A stretch of 64,000 bases of DNA from positions 12,028,001 to 12,092,000 of the forward strand of contig OZ059897.1 of NCBI GenBank assembly GCA_964057225.1, given 5' to 3'. Both the position numbers and the translations under genes were made by a program. Source of the DNA: Auanema rhodensis. Its lineage: Eukaryota > Animalia > Nematoda. Below the pieces are notes generated by a model that saw only the letters and a program-made list of their open reading frames with translations, was not told the origin of the DNA and did not search any database. Positions 14,098-25,328 of this stretch are shown one piece after another. The number at the start of each line of letters is the position of its first letter. The first letter of the stretch is position 1.

Positions 14098-16355
14098 ATG
14101 TCTAACGAGCATTGGAAGTTTGTTTGGCCTTCCGCACCAGCTTTAGGTTTCTAACCTCTGCAGATTATTTCAAGATTATCTTTTTTTCTCAGCAAACTTC
14201 CTCGCATTAAATCGACAAATTTTCGAGAATTCAACAATAGTAGAACTAGGGGCTGGCTGTACGGGTTTGGTTGGTTTATCAGCTCTGAAATTAGGCGCGA
14301 AGAAAGTTATTTTAACTGAGTATTCTGGACATTTAGAAGTATATATTGTCTAATAATATATTCCAAAGACTATTACTTAAGGCATTAAATATTCTAAATC
14401 AAAATGTTTCAAGAATCAAAGATAGCTTAAGCTCCGGTCAAGAAGTTGAAGTTGTGGTAGGAATTTTAGTTCTTGTTGCTAACATGAATTCCTTAACAGG
14501 GATTAGATTGGTTAACCTCATTAGAACCTCATTACAATGATCCTGGAAATATCAAGGAATTTCTCTCTACTCTCGAAGACTGTGATTTCATATTAGCTTC
14601 TGATGTTTTTTATGAACCTTCCCTGTATAGATCACTGATGCGGACACTAGCCATGTTCATCGAAAAATTCCCTCGACTTAAAATTTATTTTTCATATCAT
14701 TTGAGAGAGTTCGTTTCTTCTTAATTTATCACATGCGTTTAATCGATTTATGAACAAACCTGATAACGAAACACATTGTTTTAAATATTTCAGTGAGAAT
14801 CATTCTATAGAACATTTACTATATATTGAAAATTTGGAGTGTCATCTCATAAGAACCGTGGAAGAAGCCGGTACAATCCAGATAGGTGTCATTTATCGAA
14901 AACTTGATTCAAGCATGTCTATCCATGGCGGAATCGAAGGGTATTTTATTTATTTCATTTATATATATTTTTTCTTATTTGTAGAGGAGCAACTCATTCC
15001 AAGTTAGTGCTCTTTCATCGAGATGGTAAACGTTCTGAAGATATACCTGGTCCTGGTACCAATATGCTTCTGAATGGTCAGTTTAGTTTGCAAAATGTAT
15101 TTCTTACTAATTGCTTATTAGGGTTGGAAATTACGGCAGATAGCATTGCTTCGTGGGTTCGAACTGCTAGCAGCGAACATTCTATTTCACTTCCTTTAGA
15201 GACATTGGTTTGCACTTCTTGATCTGTTTTTCATAGTTTTTTTTCTAAAGGGGTTAGGCCTTTCTGGAGCTGAAGATGATCTTTTGAATGAAAAATTTGT
15301 TCAATATTTAACTGAAAACCATGGAGATATTGCGAAACACTTTTCTTTGTGTTCCGATTCTATTGGTACCATTCAGGCAGCTTTTGATAAAGGTATGGAA
15401 TTCAGTAGTTATTATGTCCGGTTACTGAAAAAATTGCAGAAGGAGTTGTTATTATTGCTGGTACAGGATCCAGTGTGAGAATGCTTCGCGAAGATGGATC
15501 TGCTCATGGAGTCGGCGGTTGGGGCCATATGATTGGTGATGGAGGCAGTGGTTTTTGGATTGCTCAAAGGTTCGTGTTTTGATCTAAATAAGTTTTTTAA
15601 AATCGTTATTTTAGAGCTATTAGGGTTATTTTTGATCATGAGGATGGATTAGAAGAATCTGCAGAAGACATTACTCTATTGAAAAAATGTTTCTTCGAAG
15701 TAAATATATTTGACATTAATAATTACATCTCATACTTTCAGTATTTCAAACTTCAAGATAAAGTTGGTATTCTTGATCACCTGTACTCGAACTTTGAAAA
15801 GCCAAAGGTAGCTGCATTCACTTCCGTGCTTGCGAAAAGTGAGACATTTTTAACATTTTTGAGATTATATTATAGTGTGGAAAACGTGGCATTTCCTTTT
15901 CTGATAACGAATTCTATTTATAAAGTATTACAGATTCTCATGATCCCGCTATTCAAAAGATTTTTTATGATGCTGGTTTCATTTTGGGAAAACAACTAGC
16001 TTCACTATCTCATAAAATGAGCGAGGTTTTCTATATTATTGTATATTTTACGATTTCTGTGTTAAATATAGAAAATGAAATCATGTTGTGATATTGTTAC
16101 TGTGGGTTCTGTATTTGGATCTTGGAGTATCTTGAAACCTGGTATGCTATATCATGCAGTTTTGACATTGTTTTGGTTTTTTTAGGGTTTGTAGATGCTG
16201 TCAAGATATCTGATATCAAGAAAATTCGGCTGTTTACTTGTGATGAAGGTGTTTCAATAGGTGCTGGTTTATTGGCCATCAAGAAAGCTGGAGAAACTGT
16301 AGAGTTTGAGAGAAAAACTACAGTATATGAAGAATTATATTTTGATAAAAACTAG
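14098..16355 (+). CDS. Fusion: METTL23-like (Methyltransf_16) methyltransferase plus N-acetylglucosamine kinase (NAGK)
   Basis: N-terminal part: FVWPSA, IVELGAGCTGLVGL, GLDW, DFILASDVFYEP. The exon 14794-14940 continues without a stop into MSIHGGIEGGATHS, then GLGLSG, SDSIG, AGTGS and GGWGHMIGDGGSGFWIA (NAGK). Stop at 16353-16355. Confidence 0.85.
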
Positions 16356-16555
16356 TTGAATTGCATTATTTTATATAAAAAATTTTTTGAAACACTATTA
16401 AGTTATTTATTAATTCTCAATTTAAAGAGACAGCTGTATAAATACATCTCATAACATCTATACAACAAAAATTATTTTTGCCACAATCCCGAGATATTTT
16501 GTTAGAATAAGAAATGCACTTGTCGATGAGAAGTTGTAAGCGATGGGCGTATCAT

Positions 16556-18238
16556 TTAACACCTGTAGCTACTTTTAGTGTTGCAAAATACAAAGGCTGA
16601 AAGCATTGTAGAGAGCAGAATGGAAAGCGTTAAGAAGAAAGAGAAGTAGAGGGGGGATAAGCAGAATCCCATTGGCTCAGGAACTGAAGTAAGAGCAGCA
16701 GGAGTTTGAAGGTTTGGTTGCTCTTCCTGAAATGATTAATTATTGAAAAAAATTACATTTTCATGCAAGCAGCATACCCCGTCCAAGATTTCAAGAGTAG
16801 TCAATTCAGCTCTAACGTCTAATACAGCTTCATTGTCAACAGCTCTCTTCTTGAGTAAACGAATGTTAGCTGAGGCTGCAGAAGTTGTAGCAGCTGGAGG
16901 TGCTGCGGCAGGACCTGCAGCAGCTGGAGCAGCGTTGGCAACAGGAGCTGGAAATAGTTTTATTTAATAATTTAAAATTTCTATTCTTGGAACTATGCTG
17001 ATAATACTAACCACCACCGTGCTTAATAGCTCCAAATCCTTGTGGTTCAGTGCATTGTGGTCTTGGGCATTCAGTGTTGGGATCCTGTTAAGATAAATAT
17101 TGAAATAGTTAAACTTTATCATTAAAAATACCTTGATTGTAATACTGATTTGACATTGATAGAATAATTGTGATCTATAATGGATTGATTAATTCGCTGA
17201 TTTATAGTATAGAAACGTACCTATCCGCATATTTGTAAACGTGAGCTTCTTGCCCAGCCATCAAATCAGTAGGATATTCCAAGTTGTTGAGCAAGAACTT
17301 ATCAAGAGCGCAACCATCCTCGTTCAAGATTTGAACAGTATCACCATTTCCATCATCAACCGTGCAAGAATGTACAACAGCGCAGAAGGTGTCAGTGGTT
17401 TCGGAATCGCAGGTCCACTTGTGATAAACCTGTTGACCGATGGTAGCAAACTGAACTGGTTGTCCAGTTGGTCCACCTTCGAGAATCTCGTATTTACAGA
17501 TTGGCATAGGTACAACCTGAGATTATTGTTTACAGATCTATGATATCCATCAGCAAACTTACTTGTGTTTGGAAAGCTGTGGTAAGCTCAGATACTTCGA
17601 TTTGAGTTGAGACTGTCTTGTCGGACTCCATGTAGAAGCATTGGATACGGTAAGCTCTGAGGTGTTGTTGATAAACTTGAAAGGATTATCTCTCCTACCT
17701 GTCAACCTTGGTAACAAATTGAGGATGGAAAGAGATAACAACAGTAGTTGTCACAAAGATTCCTCTTGGATTGAGAGAACGAGTACGAGCAGTGTTACAA
17801 CTATCAAATGGAACTTCCATACCAGCAACCTGGACACAATTAGTTCGATATTATATCAAAGAAGTTGCGTAGAATTACCTGTCGTCCACCTTCATCACTA
17901 CGACATTCTTGGTGATCAAATAAGCCTTTAACATACACATGTCCTTCAAAAGGATTTCTAGTATTGAAGTTCACAGTAATTGAGCTAGGTCCACATTCAA
18001 CCTGAATACGTTTATAGTATACTGAATGTTTATCATTTCGGATAATTAGTTCAGTTTGTGTTTAGTTTTAATAGGTCAAAACACATAAATAAAGAAAACA
18101 TTAAAAGAAATAAGAATATGTTTAAGCATATTAAAGTAATATCAACTATGCTTATACCTCAGGTTCTCCTTCAACTCCGTTATCTACAGGAATACCATAA
18201 AGAGGAATAACAAGAGATAGAAAAATGAACAATCGCAT
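16556..18238 (-). CDS. cut-1: ZP-domain cuticlin (cut-1/cut-3 type)
   Basis: Signal peptide plus [66 protein letters not shown], Ala-rich AAPAAA repeats, an LLKKR furin site and a C-terminal TM segment. cut-1 versus cut-3 orthology is uncertain. Confidence 0.88.
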
Positions 18239-19293
18239 CTGAAATTAAGCTGTTAAGCGTTAATAGGATAATACATAAAATAAGGTAATTTAAATATATT
18301 TAACACGCAATAAGGAGCAATAAGAAGCTAATTTGTTTATTTTCTTAATGACTTCGCTCATTATATGGGATGACGGTGGTGGATTGTGTGAAGGAGAGAA
18401 TGATGGGGTTTGGCTTTATAGAGTAGATGGACAGCCCTATATGGTAATGATTGAAAAACGAGTTGCTCTTCCTCTTATGCTGGTTAGGCGGATAGCCAAC
18501 AGTATTTGGCCAGTTTATTTCTGTTACTTTTCTCTAATTCTCTTATAGTTCTGAATGATATTGTTGATTATAGAGTGTTTTCAACAAGAAAAATGGCGGA
18601 TAAGACAATGAAAGACTAATAGAGAAATAGCCGAGAGAAAGAGAAACAATGAGAGACAGAAAGCGAAAAAGAGAATAGTAATCATCTCGGGTTATCATAG
18701 AAAATCTACTTTGAACATCACTGTCAGTGAGGAGATTCTGGTCGTTCATTCACCAAGTTTCAATCCATCATCTCACGTATTTCTGGCTCTTTCATGAATG
18801 AAATTCCTCGTTTAGCTACTAGAGGAAAAATAGATGAACAATAGCAATTACAAGTACAGATCATCATCACTTGTCAGTTTTGAGTGGTCAAGTTTTCTTT
18901 TAAGCAAATTCCTTAGATGTAAGAGTAACAGCTTTACTTGATTATGATGATGAAGTGTTGTTATAGCAGATAATACCAATAACTTGCAAATTATGAACGT
19001 TTGTAGATGGTTTGTTAGTTAAAAGGTATAATTGTCTTATAAAAGAGAAACAGGTAAGAGAAATATTTTATTATTATTATTATTATTATTATCATTATTA
19101 TTAAAATATATTGTTATATTACAAAGAAAAAAGTTTGATTCATAAATATGTAACATAATATCTTAACATCTCGTACATCATTCTTTTACAAATAAAAACA
19201 AAACGAATTATCATAAAGCTGTTAACGTTAGAGTAGAGACAGCCTAACCATCATCATGATCATCGTTGTCGTCGTCAGAATGGGGTCGCATGC

Positions 19294-20983
19294 TTACTGC
19301 TTATGTTTTATTCGATTTGACATAAATGAAGATATAATAATCAGAATTATCAAAAGGAACCATGCCGACACCATGATTGAGAATATCACTGGTGATAGAC
19401 AAACACCTTAATCCGTTTGTTTTTATGATTTTGGTAAGTGATCAAAACTAACCTTCTCGAACAGATATCTCGGATGTTACTAAAGGAGCTGGTGTTGGAA
19501 CAATATTCTGGGGGAAATATATAAGGTTAGTTATATGTTATATCTCAAAACACTAAGTACCTGATCGTCTAAAAGAATATCTTGTGTTATAAGCTCTGTT
19601 CTTACATCTAATATCTCATAATGAATATCACGTTTCTTCAATAATCGTTTGAATATATTGGAACGTGTAGAATTTCTTTTAACAATTTTGGCAATAGGCT
19701 CTAACTGAAAACATCAACTAATTTTCAAGCAAAATTTTTGAAATACTATAACCTTTGGTGCGCCAAATCCTTTTGGTTCAGTACATTCAGGACGAGGACA
19801 TTCAACCTGGGGTTCCTTGATTGAAATACTGATTTGGCATTGATAAAATAGTTGCGATCTCAAATTAAAGTCTGAAGTTAGACACAAACATTGTTGTTAC
19901 CTATCCGCATATTTGTAAACGTGAGCTTCTTGCCCAGCCATCAAATCAGTAGGATATTCCAAGTTGTTGAGCAAGAACTTATCAAGAGCGCAACCTTCTT
20001 CATTTAGAATCTAAATTAAACGATCAGATTTATTTTTGCTTCGAATCCATTACCTGCACTAAGTCACCATTTCCATCATCCACTGTACATGAGTGAACAA
20101 CGGCACAGAATATATCTGTTGTCTCGGAGTCACAAGTCCACTTGTGATAAACCTGTTGACCAATTTTTGCAAATTGAACTGGTTGCCCAGTTGGTCCGCC
20201 ATCAAGAATCTCGTATTTACAGATTGGCATAGGTACAACCTGAGATTATTGTTTTCAGATCTATGATATGAGAAACTCACTTGTGTCTGGAAAGCTGTGG
20301 TAAGCTCAGATACTTCGATGTTCGTAGACACAGTTTTGTCAGCCTCCATGTAGAAGCATTGGATACGGTAAGCTCTGAGGTGTTGTTGATAAACTTGAAA
20401 GGATTATCTCTCCTACCTGTCAACCTTGGTAACAAATTGAGGATGGAAAGAGATAACAACAGTAGTTGTCACAAAGATTCCTCTTGGATTGAGAGAACGA
20501 GTACGAGCAGTGTTACAACTATCAAATGGAACTTCTATTCCAGCAACCTAACATTGTAGTTCAAATGTAATATATCCAAAAACTGTATTACCTGTCGTCC
20601 ACCTTCATCATTTCTACATTCATCGTGATCAAATAAACCTTTTATATAGACATGTCCCTCAAAATCATTTCGAGTATTGAAGTTCACAGTAATTGAGTTG
20701 GATCCACATTCAATCTATTTCAAAATTACATTAAAATTAAAACAAAAAATGAAGCTGTTTATATTTTGATTTCATATTGAAAGATAGAATTTGATTCAAA
20801 AAGGTTGGTTTGATATATTTTTTTATAATAATAATATAACAATACAATAATCATTATTTATAATATTTTCAATACCTCAGGTTCTCCTTCAACACCATTA
20901 TCTACAGGTATAGCATTTACTAGATGTAGTAAATAAAGAATATGTAAAATAGAAAACACTGATGATAAACACAATACGTACAT
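19294..20983 (-). CDS. Second ZP-domain cuticlin, tandem paralog
   Basis: MYVLCLSS...[13 protein letters not shown] and the same ZP motifs, RLLKKR and a C-terminal TM segment; lacks the Ala-rich repeat. Confidence 0.88.
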
Positions 20984-21345
20984 TTAATATATTTTGTATT
21001 AATATGAATATAAATAGATATTATAACTGAAAGAAGTAAACTCGCAAGCAAGACGATTCCCAATAGATTTCGTCCTCTTACGTAACCGAGGGATGAGGTG
21101 AGAAAGACAACTTTCTTGCTTGATTAAAAGCTTCGTTTTCACGAGATAATATAGAAATATCTTGAGCTTTTCAAATCTTTATGCGTATGTTTGCGTGTAT
21201 GTCGTACAAGATATTTCAAGATATTTTGAAGAAGGATAATTGAAGAATTATTGAATCAAATAGTCAAGAGGTTTTTGAATAGCCGTAACTGCGAACATCC
21301 TAATTCCTTCTTGTCTCTTATATCACTTTCTCTTTTAATGCCTTG

Positions 21346-21360
21346 AGGTCATCCAGGTCA
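21346..21360. promoter_or_regulatory. Nuclear-receptor half-site direct repeat AGGTCA-tcc-AGGTCA (DR3)
   Basis: Two perfect AGGTCA half sites, with an overlapping TCAAGGC on the minus strand, ~360 bp upstream of the second cuticlin start. Confidence 0.35.
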
Positions 21361-21905
21361 GGCCCTACTAACTAATAAGTTGAATCAGCTATATTGATGA
21401 TCATCGTTCATGGCTTGTTTTCATTTTCATTTTATCGTTGACTGACTGGTATTGCTTGGTGTAGTAAAACATATTTGGTCAAATCTTTTTCCTTTTAATG
21501 GGAAATTAACCCCGCACTTTCACTTCCTTTCGGTTTCTTCCAAATAGTGACAAATTATAAAAATGAAAATAAACTTTTATATATATTTAAAAGTTACTAT
21601 TATTGCAAAAAAGATACAAAAAAATACAAATGAAGAACTGAAAATCATGCGTATGTATTCATGGGAAAATATACTTTAATTTCTCACCACTTGCTCCAGA
21701 CATGCTATGCAATATTGCACACGAGCCAACTAAACAATTTCAGATTTACATTTTAGTTTGTCTCAAGTATAAGAAAAACTATTCTCTGATTTCTTTGCTC
21801 GTGATTTAAAGTTTTTGATTGAAAACTCAATGTTGAGAAAGAACACACCTCCTGCTTTCATTTGATATTTGGGGCGTGCTCAGTTCTCATTCACAAATTA
21901 GAACG

Positions 21906-23091
21906 ATGGACGTGCCACTGAGCAAAATCACAGACTGGACGCTAAATATTATTGTAGCTTTATTAAATCTAGCTGTTATTATAAATATATGTTATACATT
22001 TAAATCATCTAAGTCTGTATTACTCATATTTGTATTGTGCTGTGTAATGAACGAGTTCGCTCGTTTTCTCTTGGTTGTACCTCATGATATCATAACTTTT
22101 TTTGACGAGCAAGCTATTTACCCAGAAGGTATAAACAATCTCATTCAATTAATATTTATATCAAATCTTTTTAGATTCATTTCAGTATATGCTATCTGTA
22201 TTAATTCAGAGTGTTTGCTGGTTTTCAAATTTGTTGTTTCTACCCGTCTTTTCTTTATTACATTTTCTGGCCATCTATTTTCCACTTTTTTTTCGTAAAC
22301 TATATACGAAAACATACGTTTTCATGATCTTAGTTGTTTATATCGTTTCATTGGTATTAGCAGGTGAATTGAATTTAAAGAATAAGATCAGTGATTAAAA
22401 TATTTCAGGTCCGTTATTCACCTCTTGTTGTGGATATTCATATTTTAAAAATCAAAGAACTTGGTATTTCGATTTCAATAAGCCATATACATATATTTAT
22501 GCTATTTTGAATAATATTTTACAAGTAAATTTTTTATTCAATTAGGGTTTTAAGAAATAATTCTGGTATTTCTAGTTGTTCTGTGTCATTTTTATGATTG
22601 CATGTAACATTGTAATAATTGGAAAATTAATTAAAATCAAGAAATATAGAGTAACTAAGCTAACTGTTAGTCCTATATCTGAAACGGGTCAAACTTCAAA
22701 TAAAAAAATTATCAAAGTGAGATAAGCTTTAAAACAAGTTTACATATGTTATTTCAGAATAACAAATATTCAAAGCTACGTAACTGGTCACAAGAGGCAA
22801 ATTTGGCCGTAAGGTTTTTCATTTTGAGCGGATGTTTTATGATCGGTACTATGAGTTTTAACTTCTTTCCAAAGTTTGTCAATCTTTTTTTAACATGCTT
22901 AATTCAAATTTTTCAGTGGAGAATTAGGTGCTTATGCCAGTTTTGTATGTGAAGCTCTGAACAAAGCTAAATGGATTTTCTATTGGATGTAATGTTCAAA
23001 TTCAAAACTGATTTAATATTGAATTTAGGCTTTCAGTGTTTCAAAAAAGATGATTATTAGTAATAAGAGTGGTAGCAGAAGTTTTCAATGA
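21906..23091 (+). CDS. 7TM chemoreceptor, srx/srxa-like
   Basis: Multiple hydrophobic helices; motifs HFLAIYFPLFFRKLYT, PLFTSCCGYSY, TWYFDFNKPYT and EANLAVRFF; the short introns keep the frame. Confidence 0.72.
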
Positions 23092-23501
23092 TCGTACGGA
23101 TTATTATTATGTTTTCACACGTATATCTATCTACTTTCAAGAGTCATAAACCAACATGTCTTAGGATCAAATATAATTTTGATTTTCTTGAGAAAATATC
23201 AAGAATTGAAAAATCATTATCATTATTTCATATTAAATGTTAAGAAATTCATGATCTCTTTCCGCCCTTCTCAGTGACTACATCATATATCAAAATATGA
23301 AGATTTTATATTAAAACTTGAGTAGTTTCAGTTTATAAACTTGTTTGATTAGTTAATATGAATTGTGATGATCTGTAATAATAAAGGATAAATGAAAAGG
23401 AAATAGACAGACATTGAAGAATGAATTTCACTTTTTCAAATATCTCTTACCATGCTATATGATCGAGGTCAAACATACAACAATACAATCTTACTAACAA
23501 A

Positions 23502-25179
23502 ATGCGAAGAAAACATATAATTTTCTTTTTTTGTTTATCTTTTATTCTTAGTTTTATTTTCTTTTTATTAATATCAGGTAAACAATTCTTCATCTATGAG
23601 GGTAATATATAAAATCATTTTTGAACTAATTAAATTAATACTTTTTAGATAATATCTCTTTATCAAACTCACAGCATTCCCATAGATATTCGAAAAATCA
23701 TCGAACCCGTATTCTTGGCAAATCTGTGTTAATTAAAAATTCAAACACAGATGATCTCAATGTCTTTTCTGCCTTTTCAGTTAATTCAGGAGACATAACG
23801 GTTGTTCTTTCATCTTATGGGTATTTCACGTAAGTATTTCCCAAGTACTTCTGAACATATGCAGTTTATATTGCAGACAACGTGTATTTTGTCGATATTT
23901 CAATAATTCTGGAAAAGAACTTATGGATGCTGAGTTATCCAAAGTTTTTCCTGATTTTGTGATTAACTGTCCCTTTAACTCGGATGCTAAATACATTTCA
24001 ATATCAATTAATGAGCAAGATATAATATCAAAAGAAAATATTGTTGAAATTAAAAGAAGAACAAGTAAGATGGATATTGGTTTTCATATGAAAAAATCAT
24101 TCATTCCTAATTTGTTTTAGAAAATGAACATTTTTTCTCGATATGCTTAGCTCCATTGTTTGGAAATGATCCCAAATGGTTGTTACTAATAGAATTTATC
24201 GAGTATTATAAACTTCAGGTGTGAATGATATCGAACTTTCTATAATTAAGATTTATTTCCCAGGGCGCTACTCATTTTTATATTTATAAATTGGAATCTG
24301 ACAAATTTATCGATGAGATATTAAGTTATTATATAGATAAAGGGCTGATAGAGTTAATTGAACTACCCTCTAGCACTAAATGTATGGAAAGACATCGGTG
24401 TCGTCATGAAATGCAGTTACAGGTTTGATACATTTCAAAATATTGTTGTTATAAAATATAATTTGAAGGAATGTGTGGTAAGAAGTAGGGATCATTCATC
24501 TTGGATAGCAATGATAGATCTTGATGAAAGACTCCATGTTTTGAATGAGGATACGACATTAGAACAATGGATTAGGTATGTTCTTGAGAACATTTTAATA
24601 TAAATAAAGATTAATAGATATAACCAAAGAGATGAAATTGCTGAATTTCGCTTCAGGTGTTCATGGGTATTACGGTATGAAAATATACCTTCATATCAGG
24701 TTATTTTTTTCCTTTCTAGTCTCTCATTAAATATGAATATAGAAAACAAGAATGCTTGAACAACAATTGATTCATGAGTTGCCTATTTTGAAATATCATA
24801 ATACAAGTCATGTGGCTCCAGTGAATCATACTACAAAGGGAATAGTTAATCCAAAATTAGTTAGCAATACTTAATTTCATTTTTAACAATTCTCTCTAGG
24901 TTAACAGTCAAGGAGTTCATCAAGTTTTAAGTTTCCGAAATGGAGGGCAATTATACATGGTTCCTCCTGAAACAGCTTTAGTCAGGTTCTGTTATATATG
25001 TTGTTTGATGCATTATATGAATCGGTTCTAGGCATTTCCGTTTGCAAAAAGGATGGAGCTTCTTTTTGAAAGAGGCGGAAAGTTTCGGAGAATTTCAGAA
25101 TACATCATTTCCTGCTAACTTCGAAAATAGATTAATAAATGCTGTCATGGTGACTATTCATGAACTCATCGCAAGATAA
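23502..25179 (+). CDS. Glycosyltransferase family 92 (DUF23), type II membrane protein
   Basis: N-terminal TM, VFCRYF, SICLAPLFGNDPKWLLLIEFIEYYKLQGATHFYIY, WIAMIDLDERL (DxD), TTKGIVNP...QGVH, LVRHFR. Confidence 0.87.
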
Positions 25180-25328
25180 ATTTATTTTTTGATTTATTGC
25201 TTTTTTAATAAAGATAAAACACATATGAGATTAAAGTAATGAGATATAATAACAAGTTAAAGATGGACTTGTTCACCTGGAGCATGTTCATGTAACAATA
25301 GAAAAAAAACAATGAAATCATTGAAACA

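Noticed and set aside
21701-21716. 16 bp match catgctatgcaatatt also found at the inner palindrome junction (48504-48519)
   Set aside because: It does not extend on either side, and a match this short in AT-rich DNA is compatible with chance.
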